A stretch of 64,000 nt of DNA from Glaucostegus cemiculus (GCA_976551045.1 CDPCPM010000076.1:19406001-19470000), one strand, 5' to 3'. Positions 1-12,239 are shown, numbered from the stretch's first letter. Numbers and translations: made by a program. The notes: a model not told the origin generated them from the letters alone.

Positions 1-883
1 TTTCATGCCACTTCCCAAAATCTTGTTGGAAGGTTATTTGACCACTGTATCTTGCTCCTTGTAATGGTAAGATTACAAAATAGCAAAGGGGAGGTAATGG
101 GCATGTATGAGAGAGAGTAAATTATAGGAGTAAAGGGAAATAAGGAAAGGAGGTTTGGGATTAATAAGATTGCTCCCTGAGAGCTGGCATGGACCATACT
201 GGCTGAATGGCTTTCTGCATTGTAAATATAAAAATATTGCATCCTTCTATCAGGCCACTGTGGAACTGCAGCTCTGTTTGTTCTGTCCCTTTAATGCTGC
301 CACTTTCTGTCCTCTAGCTACAAAGGAACTGCCAGAAGGAGATTTATGGAGAAGCAGTTTCAATGCCAGAATCCCATGAAGATCTCACAGGGTTGTACAG
401 TATGGCCACTGCAGGCATTGTGAAATTCCCTAAGTATCCAGAAGCTATAAAAAATCTCTCAGTAAAAAAACATCCTCCAAGGCTTTTAAGTATGAAGATT
501 TCATTAAGTGCTACAGTTGAGCTGTAACATCCTTGGTTTGTGGGCACATTGAGGAGCAAACAATAGCAGCTGATCGGCAAGGCAATTCAGGTCCTCCTGA
601 CATTGGTTGTTCCCTGTTTGTATTTAGTTAGAAGTCCTCTCTGCACTTGCTTCTACTGTGATTGCTGACTGCCTAAAATCAAATGAGTACAAGTTCCCAG
701 CAGAGAGCCAGCAGATTTTATTTTTTCCCTGATTTGCATACAGTCCTGCCACTGCCATGCTTAACAAAAGAATAGCTGTGGGATGAAAATTAGCCCAAAT
801 AGTTTTGGAGAGAAATTTAACCAGCCCTGGGATAGTGGTCTGCTGAGCTTTGTGATGAGCTATATAGAAATTCATGACAACTG

Positions 884-1250
884 TACTCAGTTGGTAGCAC
901 TCTTGGCACTAATCAGGTTATGAGTTCTGAGTCCCACTTCACAGACTTCAAGTTTAAGTCTAGTCTAACATCCAAGTGCACTAAATCCCATCTCTCTTAA
1001 GTGGTTATACAAGTTCCCAATGACACTAATTTGAGGAAGAACAGGGGAGTTATCTTCAGTGCTTTGGTCAATTTATAATCTCTCAATCAGTAGGATAGAA
1101 AGAATATTTGGCAATCATTATGTTGTTGTCCATGGAATCTTTCTAGGTGCACACTAACTATAGAATCACATACATTATAGGAGTGATAGAACTTCAAAAA
1201 CTGCTTAGTTGATTTGGGCCACTGAAAAGTGCTATATTACTCTAAACATT
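884..1250 (+). mobile_element. Degenerate Deu-domain SINE (SacSINE1/AmnSINE1-like)
   Basis: tRNA-like head (CTCAGTTGGTAGCAC...GTTCTGAGTCCCA), Deu-like core (GAAGAACAGGGGAGTTATCTTCAGTGCTTTGGTCAATTTAT) and L2-like tail (TGAAAAGTGCTATA); recognised from a recalled consensus. Confidence 0.7.
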
Positions 1251-2436
1251 TCTTCATAATGTGAATAAGATGTAAAAATGTGTTTCCTTAACAGTGGTAT
1301 TCTTATGCTGCTCCAGTACCTTCTAATGTTTAGATATTAATTATTAAATTAATCAGCAGTAGAATCTACCTCAGAAGTTCAGCTGTGGATTGTATTCTTG
1401 CCACTTCACTGTCCTTACTTTTCCAGACTTGGGTAAAAGTTACTGCTCTAGTTGAATTATTTTGTTACTGCATTTCTGATTCCAAACATGAAAGAGTTAA
1501 AAGAACAATATTCACTCAGAGAAAAATAATTCCATGTAGACTTAATTAGGTTGTGGGATAATCCACAAAGAATTTAATATGGATGTTTGCTCCTTGCAGT
1601 CCATTAAAAATTCAATAAAAATGTTAACCTTCCAGTCATTTCCTCAGATTGCATTGTATAGAAACTCTCACAATATTTTTTGGAGTTGTGCCAGATTTTG
1701 AATCAGGAGGTTATATCATACCCTTGAACAATTGTTTAGTAAGTTGGGTAGATAAATGATAGGTAAATGACTGAATTATTATATGAAACAAGTTCATGTC
1801 CTGTTTCCATTCAAATCATCTAAAGCCAGATACGTTAGCAGTCCTGTATGTTGTGAAGATTTTTCAGTCATTCATTTGAACACTTGACTAGCAATGTGAA
1901 ATACCTGGATTAATGCTTCCAATTTTTCTTCTACAGTCTATGAGAATCTCTGACTCCTTTCTTTCACAATTCCGTCTTATCAAAGGTAATTGAAGTTTCT
2001 ACTATTCAAATTTACAGCTGTTGCAAAGTCAAGGCAAGCCGGGTCTGGCTTCTGTATTTGGTGAGAGAAAAGTGGATGAAGTGAATTGATTATTTGAACC
2101 GTTTCATACTGGAAAAACATGTTTTAAATCCATGAAAACTGTTTTACTGGGCTATTGAGTAATCCTAATGACCTGTTGAATTCCTGGAAATTTCGGTTCA
2201 GTGGAATTTAATCCTACCCCTCTGGCAGAAACTGAGAAGGTAGTAATTGGAATTGTACAGATTACTTACCCACCCTGAAGCTATTAGGAGCTGACCTAGC
2301 TGATTTTAGTCTCCTAAACCATTACAGAGAGCAGGTAAAAGGTTTTTAGCTTTGCATGTCTGGTTTTAATGTCAAACAAATTCATAATGAGATATCTCCA
2401 GATGCTTATAATATATTGTTACTTGCTATACCTGAT

Positions 2437-2692
2437 TTTGGGTGCCTAGACTGTGTAGGAGTAATAACCTCTAGAAAGGGTTGTTTGTTTGGTATCGTCA
2501 GCTACACACCAGAAAATCTGTCGATCAGAAGGACACAGCTCTTGCTGGGAAGGAAGAGGAGGAGGCAAAGGAAAAAGAGGAGGTGGAGGCAAAGGAAGAA
2601 GAGGAGGTGGAGAAGGAAATAGAGGAAGAGGGGTGAAGGAGGAAGAGGAGGAGGAGCAAGAAGAGGAGGAGGTAAAGGAAAAGGAAGTGTGA
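2437..2692 (+). pseudogene. Fossil C-terminus of a PIF/Harbinger (HARBI1-like) transposase with acidic tail
   Basis: FGCLDCVG...LFGIVSYTPENLSIRRTQLLLG resembles the Harbinger motif FRCLDRSGG...FVVVCCMLHNLAIMRAQPLP, mostly by single-base codon changes, and is followed by a frameshifted poly-Glu tract. Confidence 0.5.
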
Positions 2693-2700
2693 AGGGGAAG
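2549..2700 (+). repeat. GA-rich low-complexity tract with imperfect 21-24 bp units
   Basis: GAGGAGGTGGAGGCAAAGGAAGAA-like units repeated; this tract generates several overlapping low-complexity ORFs. Confidence 0.9.
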
Positions 2701-3669
2701 ACTCAGCATTTGGTGATGTTTCCTGGACATTATGAGAGTCCATTTTAGTGCTCTGAGGTTCACATCATGTCCACTAGATCGGAACATAACAGGGAGGCAG
2801 CTCTTGCCTGAATGCAGCTATATCCATCCAACACAGGATGTTCCGTGCCCAATTACTACTGTGCCATATTATTCCCTAATAATGGCTAGCTGCAACAAAT
2901 CAAAATCTTAGCATATTTTCTTGACATTTGGTGACATTACCATTGCCTATTTCTCCACTGGAAACATTGAGAGTGGACATTGATCAGTTGGTAGAGCATC
3001 TGGTGCTCTAGGATGGTGACTATGAATCAGATACACAGGACAAGCCTGAGTTTGAGTTACAAGAATTGTTCCTATGAAGCAGCCATTGTTGAGCAGCACA
3101 AGGGTGAGGAGGCATTGCAGAGCCAAAGTCAAGTAGATAACATAAAACATTCAACTGCATGAGTAGGTAATCCATCAGAATCAAGAATGTTTAGAGTGGA
3201 CGCTTCAGCAGCAATCAAAACACCGTGTGGTTTAGAATATAGCAGAGGTTATGGAAATTTGTAGTTAAATTAAACATATAGACGTTGACTTTGTTAATAT
3301 GTAACTATTTAATTAATGTATAGGTAAATGCATCTCATTATTTCATTGATGATACAATGTAGATAGGTATTGTTAATAGGGGTTTGCTTTTTTATCGATG
3401 AAAACAACGTATTATGTATTGAGTGTGTGTATACCTTTAAGAACAATGTTCACTGTGTGGTGTGATTTTGATTCATTGTTGTATCAGCTATCGCTCTTAG
3501 TTGAGTGTTGTTTGCCTTCAAAAGATGTTTATTTAGAAACTCATAGTATAGAATAGCCAATGGATGCAGTAGTGGCAGGGAAAGTTAAGGAAAGACTTAC
3601 AGAATTGTTCAAAATAACAGTCGTAATGGACTTAATAAGTTAAATATTCACACATATAGAAATATTGGT

Positions 3670-3945
3670 AATCAGAAGGCAAAGGCTTATGCTAATTGCA
3701 AAACAAGCAGAGGCAAGATAAGGGTAAAATATATGTTGAACGAGTTGTTACTATCTGGAATGCAATGCCTGAAAGGGTGGTGGATACAAATTCAATACTA
3801 CCTTTCAAAAGCAAGTTGGATAAATATTTGAAAATTAAAAATGTTGAACTCTGGGAATGGAGTAGGTGAGTGGAGATGATTGACTAGATCTTTCAAAGAG
3901 TTGGCAAAAACACAATGAGCCAATTGACATCCTTTGTTGCATGTA
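3670..3945 (+). mobile_element. Old CR1 LINE 3' end
   Basis: ATCTGGAATGCAATGCCTGAAAGGGTGGTGGA...GTTGGATAAATATTTG (WNxLPxxVV...LDKYL) followed by a CR1-type 3' UTR. Confidence 0.7.
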
Positions 3946-4009
3946 GTTTCTCTGCTATCTCTTCTTGATTTTTGATAACGAATGGTCTTAAGGGTTAAGG
4001 GGAAAAGAT

Positions 4010-5465
4010 ATATAGAGCTGGGTTACACCAACATCCCAGCAGTCTAGAATAAGCTCTTGCTCTTGCCAAGTGAAAACTGCCTGACAATGTGAAAAATTGC
4101 TTCAGTGTATCCCATTCATAAAATACAAGGTGAATTCAATGCAGCTAAATAGCACAAATCTATTCTCAATCATCAACAGTGATGGAAGTTATCATTGACA
4201 GTAATATCAAGTGGCACTTACCAATAAACTACTCACTGAGGCCCAGGACCACTCAGCTCCAGACATCATCACAAACTTGGTCCAAACATGGACAAAGGTA
4301 TTGAGTTTCAGAGGAGGGAGTGACTGCTCTGGATGTTAAGGCAGCATTTGACTGAGTGTGGTCAAGGCTTTCTGATAAAACTGAAGTCAATGGGCATCAA
4401 ATGAAAAATTCTCCAATGTCTAGATTCATGCCTTGCATAAAAAAGTAGTTGTGATTGTTGGAAGTCAATCCTCCCATTCCTAGGATATCACTGCTGGATT
4501 TCCTCGGGCAGTATTCTAGGCCAAACCATCTATGGCTGCTGGATCTGTAATTTTCCATGCATCATAAAGTCAGAAATAGGGATGTTTGCTGATGGTTGCA
4601 CAATGTGCAACTCCTCAACAAATAACAGAGTCCTACCTGCATGCAGTAGGACCTTGAATTAGGAATGCAGTCATGTGGCACGTAACATCTGTGCCACACA
4701 AGTGTCAGGCAATGACCATTTTCAACAAGAGAGAATCTAACCACTTACCTTTGATATACAATGGCATTAGCATTGCTAAGTATACGATCATCAATATCCT
4801 GGTGGTCACCAATGACCAGAAATTTAGCTGGACTAGCCACATAAATACTACGGGAATATGATCAGGCTGGAGCCTGGGTATCCCACAGAGAATGACTTAC
4901 CCCTTGATGCTCAAGACCTTTCCACCATTTATAATGCACAAATCATGAGCATAATGGAATAATCTCCACTGTCTGGAGGAATGCAGTGATAACAATGCTC
5001 ATGAAAGGCAACATCATCTAGGACAAAGGAGTTTCCTTGACTGGCACCCCATAAAGCACATTAAACATTAATTTGTTCGACCACCTGTTCAGTGTGTCTT
5101 CAATATGTACCATCTATAAAACGCACTGGATTTACTTGCCCAGTCTATTCTGACCTCACCTTCCGAACCTATGCTGTCTACCACTAAGAAGGGCAAGGGC
5201 AGCAGGATCATGTGAACACTGTCACCTACTAGTGTCCTCCAAGTTTCACACCATCCCGACTTGGAAGTATATTGCCCATCCTTTATCATTACTTGTTCTA
5301 AATCCAGGAGCTCTCTGCCCAGCAGTATCATGGAAGGACCTACACCAGAAGGGCCACAGCATTTCAAGAAGATATCTCACAACTACATTCTTGAGGGGAA
5401 TTAGGGATGGGCAAAAGTGCTGGCCTTGCCAGTGATGTCCATATCTTATAGATGAATATATAAAA
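4010..5465 (+). mobile_element. Decayed CR1-clade LINE, second family; RT to 3' end
   Basis: Frameshifted RT motifs ALDVKAAFD, PRGSILGQ and MFADG; ends in GGGAATTAGGGATGGGCAAAAGTGCTGGCCTTGCCAG followed by an A-rich end. Confidence 0.85.
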
Positions 5466-7009
5466 CAGTTCTCTTAGCAGAGGAGTTCATGAGGCATTGT
5501 TCACTAAGAGCTCATTTATGATATTTTCCTGAGGGTTGTAATATGACTTGATTCTGTCCTTAACCATATGTTAGGTGTGTAAAAGTGTCCTGTTTCATGG
5601 TGGATGTAAGGTCCACATACAACACTGGCTGGTTACCAAACCAAAGGAAAATTTACAACATAAATGGTATTTATCAGTCATTTAATCATTTTGTCAGGCA
5701 GCATTATGTGAAGGTTGGTGATCTATTTTTGTCATTGCATGAAAATCAGAGTGAGAGACAATGCTTTTATACTGTCAAAAGATGTCACCTCTGCCATACA
5801 AAGTGTCAGATAAAGCAGAACAATTGAAGTGTTTATTACAGAACAGCTGGTTCTAAGCCTCAATACAACCCTGGCTTAGGTGCTTTTATATACTGCATCA
5901 TGCTTTTAACTGAAGTAAAAAACATCATTTGTTAAAGGTTAACACTGCCAATCACAGGCTTGTTCTTCTTGCCTGATTTCCAAATTAATTAGTTTACATG
6001 TTACACCACCACTTGTTCATTGTTCCAGTGGTCCATTAATCCTGTCCTTGCTGAATGAACTCTGTTAATGAAACAGATGTGACTATTCTCAGAGTTATTT
6101 ATTTGACAATACAGTGAGTGCTCCCCCAGACCGATCAATAAAAGCTTTGCCTTTCTTGTTGTGGAGTCAGCTTTCCTTTCCAATGATGAAGCAGCTGGAA
6201 GAGAGCCCCTGTATGCCCTGCAGTACAGAAGTACAGAATGGGCTCTGGTCAGATGGAGGCTCATCTGGCCTTTTGCTCTGTCTTCGGGTTCAGAGGCATC
6301 TATAACTTACTGAGCTGAGGGACCAGATCCATTTTGAATGGACCCTCAGCTTTTCACCAGCTGTAGTCGGCACAACTAACGTATCCCCTTTCATATGGAT
6401 ATCTGATCTCACATCTCATTTAACTACTGCCTGCCAATGGTTTTGAGTCTGACTGGATACCTTTAGAAGAAGCTAGGAGAGTTTCAAAGGGACAGAGACT
6501 GAGAGGACTAAGGCAAGAAAGAGATAAAGGAGGAACTGAACAAAGCAGGGAGAGTTTTAGCAGGGTTAGATCAGGACTCTGCTCCTACATTTTGGAATGA
6601 AGATAGGAGATGCAGCCAGTGGCAGGAGATGTAAACCAGTCTATGGTTGTCACAAAGAAATAGAACAGTTTATGGCCAGAGAAATAAGACAATGATCTTT
6701 AACTAAATAGTTCCAGGACGCTAGCCAGTAGATATTAAGCCCCCAAAAAACAGCCAAGGATTGAGTTCCAGGATTAGGCGACCTGGCTGAAGCTTCTGAG
6801 TGTTAGGAGGATGCTGGTTTTGTGGCTTTTTGGAATTCCAATACAATTATTTAATACAAATGCAAATGTCTGGGATGAGCTTGTAAAAACATTTTATATG
6901 TTAAACTCCTCGAGCGAAACTGAACAAAATTGCACTGGACAAAAGGCTGACAAATTACAACCACAAACAAAGACCGAGATGAATGAATCACCGATTCTAA
7001 GCTTTATGC

Positions 7010-7125
7010 AGTCCCATGGCTCCAGTTTAAATATAACCAAGAAAATCTCCTGTTGATTCCAACCTACCTCCCTCAACTGATGAACCAATACTCCTCCATA
7101 TTGAAGACCAGCTAGAGGAACAGAT
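7010..7125 (+). mobile_element. Endonuclease-domain fragment, probably of the same family as 4010-5465
   Basis: AATCTCCTGTTGATT...CCCTCAACTGATGAACCAATACTCCTCCATATTGAA (NLLLI...PSTDEPILLHIE); matches a recalled consensus. Confidence 0.5.
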
Positions 7126-7329
7126 TCTGAATTGGGTATTTCATTACATCAAGTGGCACAATCGTAAAGCAGGGGCTGAGCTAGCCAAGCCTTGGAAGGA
7201 CTTATCTGCTTGACTGTACCTGTGGCAGCTGAAGAAAATGCATCTGACAATGATAGCATTTGTAAAAGCTGGTCTTTATAGAAAACTCTCAGTTTCAAAT
7301 GAAGGGCACATTTGACATCATATAGTAAA

Positions 7330-8460
7330 TGAGATAACTAAAAGACAGATTGCTGAAAAACAGCAACAACTCACTAAAAGGTTAATAAGGAAGGAAAAAT
7401 CTGAGTGTAAGATACAACTACCAGAAATATAAATACAGATAGAAAGAGATTCTATGGATATTTTAAAAAAAAAGCATTAACAAAATAATTATTGGTCTAT
7501 AAAAAGTGAATATGGGGATAAAGACAAGGAGATGGCAGATGAATTAAACAGATACTTTGCATCAGTTTTCACTATAGAGGATACAAGAAATGTCCCAGAG
7601 ATAGCTGTAAATCAGGAATTTGAAGGGATGGAGGAACATGGGAAAATTACTAATACCAGGCGAGCAGTATTGAGCACATTGTTGGAGCTGTAGGCTAACA
7701 AGTCTTCTGGCCCCGATGGACTTTATCTTTATGCCTTAAAAGAAGTGTCTAGTGAGGTAGTTCATGCATTGGCTTTAATTTTCCAAAACGTCCCAGATTT
7801 GTGTAGGATTTCATTGGGTTGGAAAATAACAAATGTAACTATGGAAATATTTGGTAGTTTAATTGGCCACTGTAATTGCCCCAAGTGTAGGTGGGTGGGA
7901 GAATTGATAGGGATGTGGCGAGAAGAGGTTATAGGGATAACTAATGGGGAATGGAGAGGGAGCAGAAAGCAAGAAATGTCTGACCAGTTGGTTTAATATC
8001 ACAGGGAAAAATATTAAAAGCTATTTCTATAGATGTTATAGTGGGGCACAAATAAAATGAAGGTTATCAGGCAAAATCAACATGGTTTTGTGAAAAGGAA
8101 ACCATCTTTGTCCAATTTATTGGAGGTCTTTGACCTGACAGGTGTAATGGATGAAAGGGAGTTGTGGATGCACAATGCTTGGATTTCCAGACTGCATTTG
8201 ATAAGGTGTTCCATCAAAGACTATTACAGAAAATAAAAGGTAATGATGCAGGCATATTAGCATAGATGGAAAATTGGTGAGCTAATTGGAAACAGAGAGT
8301 AGACCAAAGCTGATCTTTTCCTGAACAGCAAGATGTAATAAGTGGTGCATCACAGGGATTGGTGTTGGGGCTTCAACCTTTGAATTTATATAAGTGACTT
8401 AGATGAAGGCACTAAAGGTATGGTTGCTGGATTTAATGCTGGCACAAAGCTAGGTAAGGA
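7330..8460 (+). mobile_element. Decayed CR1 LINE ORF2 fragment
   Basis: KEMADELNRYFASVFT, KSSGPDG, NQHGFVKRK, LDFQTAFDKV and SGASQGLVLG remnants; a V-SINE-like piece lies at about 7845-7955. Confidence 0.85.
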
Positions 8461-8464
8461 AGAA

Positions 8465-8736
8465 TATAAAACATAAGAAACTAGGAGAAGGAGTAGGCCA
8501 CTCACCCCTCAAGCCTGTCTGCTTTTCAATATGATCATGGCTGATCTGCCCAAGGCCTCATCTCCTCTTCTGTGACAGTTTCCCATAGCTCTCAAATCCC
8601 TGATCTTTCAAAAATGTATCTACTTCCCCTGTTAATATCCACAGTGTCCTAGCCTCCATAACCACACAGGATAGAGAATTCTAGAAATTCACCACCCTTT
8701 GTGAGAAGACGTTCCCAAGCACCTCAGTTTTAAATG
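8465..8736 (-). mobile_element. CR1 LINE 3' end
   Basis: ACATAAGAAACTAGGAGAAGGAGTAGGCCA...TCACCACCCTTTGTGAGAAG is the reverse complement of a CR1 3' UTR and the FSQRVVN region. Confidence 0.8.
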
Positions 8737-8850
8737 GAGACACAAGAGAGATAGCAGATGCTGGAATCTGGAGCAACACACACAAAATACTGGAGGATCT
8801 CAGCAGGTCAGGCAGCATCTATGGAGGGAAATGAACAGTTGACAGGAAAG
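8737..8850 (-). mobile_element. Penelope-like element terminal (pLTR) fragment
   Basis: GCAGATGCTGGAATCTGGAGCAAC...CTCAGCAGGTCAGGCAGCATCTATGGAG; same module as at 9306, 9545, 12700 and 26619. Confidence 0.65.
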
Positions 8851-8914
8851 GGTGAAAGGGGTTGAAAAGGAGATAAAGGAATCTTGTACAGCTGCAGGGA
8901 GAGTTGGGGAGGGA

Positions 8915-9305
8915 GATGTCACATGATCTTATTAAGATCCTGAGGGAGCATGACAGGTAAGATGTCAAGATATATTTTTTTTAATTTTTAAATTTTATTT
9001 ACAGCGCGGTAACAGGCCCTTTCAGCCCTCCGAGTTCACGCCGCCCATTGTAAATCCCCAATTTAACCTACCCGTACGTCTTTCAGAATGTGGGAGGAAA
9101 CCGGACCACCCGGAGTAAACCCACGCAGACACGGGGAGAACGTACAAGCTCCTTACAGTCAGCGATGGAAATCGAACCCCGATCGCTGGCGCTGTAACAG
9201 CGTTGCGCTAACTGCTACTCTATCGTGCCCAATATTTTTGCTATTGGGAGAATCAGCACTGAGGAGACACAGTTAAAGGATTGAGGGGCAGTCAATTAAA
9301 ACTGA
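8915..9305 (+). mobile_element. CR1 ORF2 C-terminal fragment split by a V-SINE
   Basis: KILREHDR before the SINE, then GESALRRHS.RIEGQSIKT after it. Confidence 0.6.
8980..9230 (-). mobile_element. Young HE1-like V-SINE, CR1-type tail, with TSD
   Basis: tRNA-derived head, V-domain (TCTCCCCGTGTCTGCGTGGGTTT), CpGs retained; ATATTTTT duplicated at 8972-8979 and 9232-9239. Confidence 0.92.
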
Positions 9306-9670
9306 CAAACACAAAATGCTGGAAGAACTCAGCAGGTCAGGCAGCATCTATGGAGAGAAATGAACAGATGATGTTTTGGGCTGAGATCCTTCAACAGAAC
9401 TGGAAAGAAAGAAGGCAGAAGCCAGAATAAAAAGGGTAGGGGGAAAGGGAGAAGCACATGCTAGCAAGTGATAGGTGAGAACAGGTGAGGGGGGAAGGTA
9501 GGAAGGTGGGGGAGGGTAGGTGAAAGGGAACAATGGGAGAAGCAGCAGGGATCCGACCTGACATGTTGGCTCTGTTCCTCTTCCCAAAGATGCAGCCTGA
9601 CCTGCCGAGTATTTCCAGTATTATCTGTTTTTCTTTTAGATTTCCAGCATCCTGTAGTTTCTTTGATTTC
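9306..9670. mobile_element. Inverted pair of Penelope-like termini (9306-9530 minus, 9545-9670 plus)
   Basis: CTCAGCAGGTCAGGCAGCATCT versus AGATGCAGCCTGACCTGCCGAG; decayed hammerhead core at 9365-9403 on the minus strand. Confidence 0.7.
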
Positions 9671-10626
9671 CACACAGTGATGGACTTGGACCTTGGACTC
9701 TTCTCCCGTGGCCTTTCCTAATTATAGTATTTATTTGAGTTGGTTTATATTCATGCAGTACAGCCACGTGAGAGACAAGATCCATATAAGTGAGACAAAC
9801 TCCATGACCCAGCAAAGTGTGATGACACATCATTGAATACATTAAGAACATTCGGTGATGGGTTTCTAGTGCAAGTCTCTTGGAACTAAAGCAGCAATGT
9901 AAAATTTACCTCTAAAAAGCCTGGAACATTGTAATGAATACACTAAGGTGCTGATCCTTCAGAAAGGAGCTCATCGCACTGAAGCACTTACTGTAGGTAA
10001 TGAGGTGTGAAAATGCTCCAATTTAAAAGTTCACAGTGCCTGCAATTGCTGTCAGCAGTAATGATGACCTGTGAGTAGAAGAGGGATGGGCCTTATTTCA
10101 ATTGTAATCTCTGATCTCTCAAAATCATATCAGAACCTGACAGCTAATCTGGACCCTGCTGAATTTTTTGCGGTAATCCCGTTGAGGCAAAAGATTATTT
10201 GCTTCCGCTCCAGTTTTGTGAATTCTGAGGTGTCTGTGGGAATCGTAGACTTTGCCACAGGCAGGAAGGCAGGTATTTTCTGGTTAGGTATGTGAATTGT
10301 TTGGGAGATTTAGGATCACGTCTGCCATTTTTGTTTAATATCTGTGTGTTTCCAAAGAACAAATCTGATGTGCACAATGTCTTCATAGATGCCCCTTCTC
10401 CACTTTGAACTCTCATGGGCCAGGGAGTAATGAGAAGATCTCATGTTTTCTAGTAAGCTTTGCAAGCATCTCCAAAGCATTGCCCAGTCCTCCTGGAAAT
10501 CTCTAGCTGTGATGAAGCTCAGAGTAGAGTGCCTGTATGGGTGACTGGTGTCAGACTTGCAGGTCTGGTAGCCTGCTAATCCAAGCTGGTTGACAATAAT
10601 TAAATGTTGAGGTTGTTGTCCAGGGA

Positions 10627-11785
10627 TGGTATTGATTTATTATTGGTACTGGTATTGGTTTCTTATTGTCACTTGTACTGAGGTACAGTGAAAAACTTGT
10701 CTTGCATACCGTTCATACAGATCAATTCATTACACAGTGTATTGAGGTAGTACAGAGTAAAAACAATAACAAAATACAGAGTAAGGTGACACAGCTACAG
10801 GGAAGTGCATTGCAGGTAGACAACAAGGTGCGAACATAGAACATTACAGAAAAATACAGGCCCTTCAACCCACAATGTTGTGCCAACATTTCATCCTGCT
10901 CTAACATCTATCTATCTATCCCTTCCCTCCCACATAGCTCTCCATTTCTCTGGATGGGTGGGATCTTTAATTATGCTGTCTTCTTCACCAAGGCAGCAAG
11001 AGGTATAGACAGAGGCTGGTTTCCATGATGTGCTGGGCTGTGTCCACAACTCTCTGCAGTTTCTTGTGGTCCTGGGCAGAGCAGTTGCCATACCAAGCTG
11101 TGATACATCCAGACAGGGTCCTTTCTATGGTGCTTTGATAAAAGTTGGTGAGTGTCAAAGGAGACATGCCAGATTTCTTTAGCTTCCTGAGGAAGTAGAA
11201 GTGCTGGTGAGCTTTCTTGGCTGTGGCATCTATGTGGTTGGACTAGGACAGGCTATTGATGTTCATTCCTGGGAATTTGAAGCTCTCAACCCTCTTGACC
11301 TCAGCATCTTTGATGTAGACAGGTGCATGTACACCGTCCCCTATCTTGAAGTCGATGAACAGCTCTTTTGCTTTGCTAACATTGAGGGAAAGGTTGTTGT
11401 CATGACACCATATCACTAAGCTCTTTATCCCCTTCCTGTACTCTGACTCATCATTATTTGAGATACAGCCTACTATGGTGCTATCATCTGCAAACATAGA
11501 TGGAGTTAGAGCAGAATCTGGTCACACAGTCATGAGTATAAAGGGAGTGCAGTAGAGGGCTGAGGACATAGTCTTGTGGGGCATCAGTGTTGAGAATAAT
11601 CGTGCTGGAGGTGTTGCTGCCTATTCTCACTGATTGCAGTCTGTTGGTCAGAAAGTCAAGGATCCAGTTGCAGAGGGAGGTTTTGTCCCAGATCTTGGAA
11701 TTTGGTGGTGAGTCTACTTGGAATTATAGTATTGAAGGTAGAGCTGTAGTCAATAAACAGTAGCCTAACACAGGTGTCTTTACTG
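10627..11785 (-). mobile_element. Rex1/Babar-like LINE, 5'-truncated
   Basis: ORFs [20 protein letters not shown]...WCHDNNLSLNVSKAKELFIDF and LTNFYQSTIERTLSGCITAWYG; (ATACCA)n-type tail. Confidence 0.9.
10833..10950 (-). mobile_element. Short CR1 3' end nested in the Rex-like LINE
   Basis: AACATAGAACATTACAG...ACAGGCCCTTCAACCCACAATGTTGTGCC, similar to the end of the CR1 at 14193. Confidence 0.8.
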
Positions 11786-12239
11786 GGGTGCTGAAATTGG
11801 TTTGTTTTTCTCTGTCAATGAATTAAGAGGAATTTGGAGAGGTAGCATTGTTGTAGGTTATCTGGATTCCTAAGGCAAACACAAGGACAGGGAGTTCTGA
11901 AAAGTGCTGATAAGTTCTTCTCTATTCTTGGTTGTCAGTAAGTTGGGACCTTGAGTGTTTTAGCCTGGTATGTTCTTAATGGTGCATATTGCGGGTAGCA
12001 GCAAGTTGCTGGGTCTTGTTCACACTTTCTACCCATCATCTACTCCTTAGGTTACAGGTTTTGTTTACAAGCTCTAATCCTGTAAATTAAATTATTCCAC
12101 AGCAATGCAGATACCCCTATGGATGCTGTGTGACGTTTTGGGTCTTCAATCCTTCTGACAGTGATTTGGAAAACATACTTATGGTGCAGAAACAGAAATA
12201 GAAAAAAAAGGAGAAATGGGGAAAAAACAACAAACAAGT

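Noticed and set aside
318-527. Open frame after a CTCTAG acceptor-like site (LQRNCQKEIYGEAV...)
   Set aside because: No recognisable homology or partner exon; the length is compatible with chance.
2356-2787. Arg-, Gly-, Pro- or Glu-rich ORFs as real proteins
   Set aside because: They are alternative readings of a single GA-rich tract, with no splice or start context.
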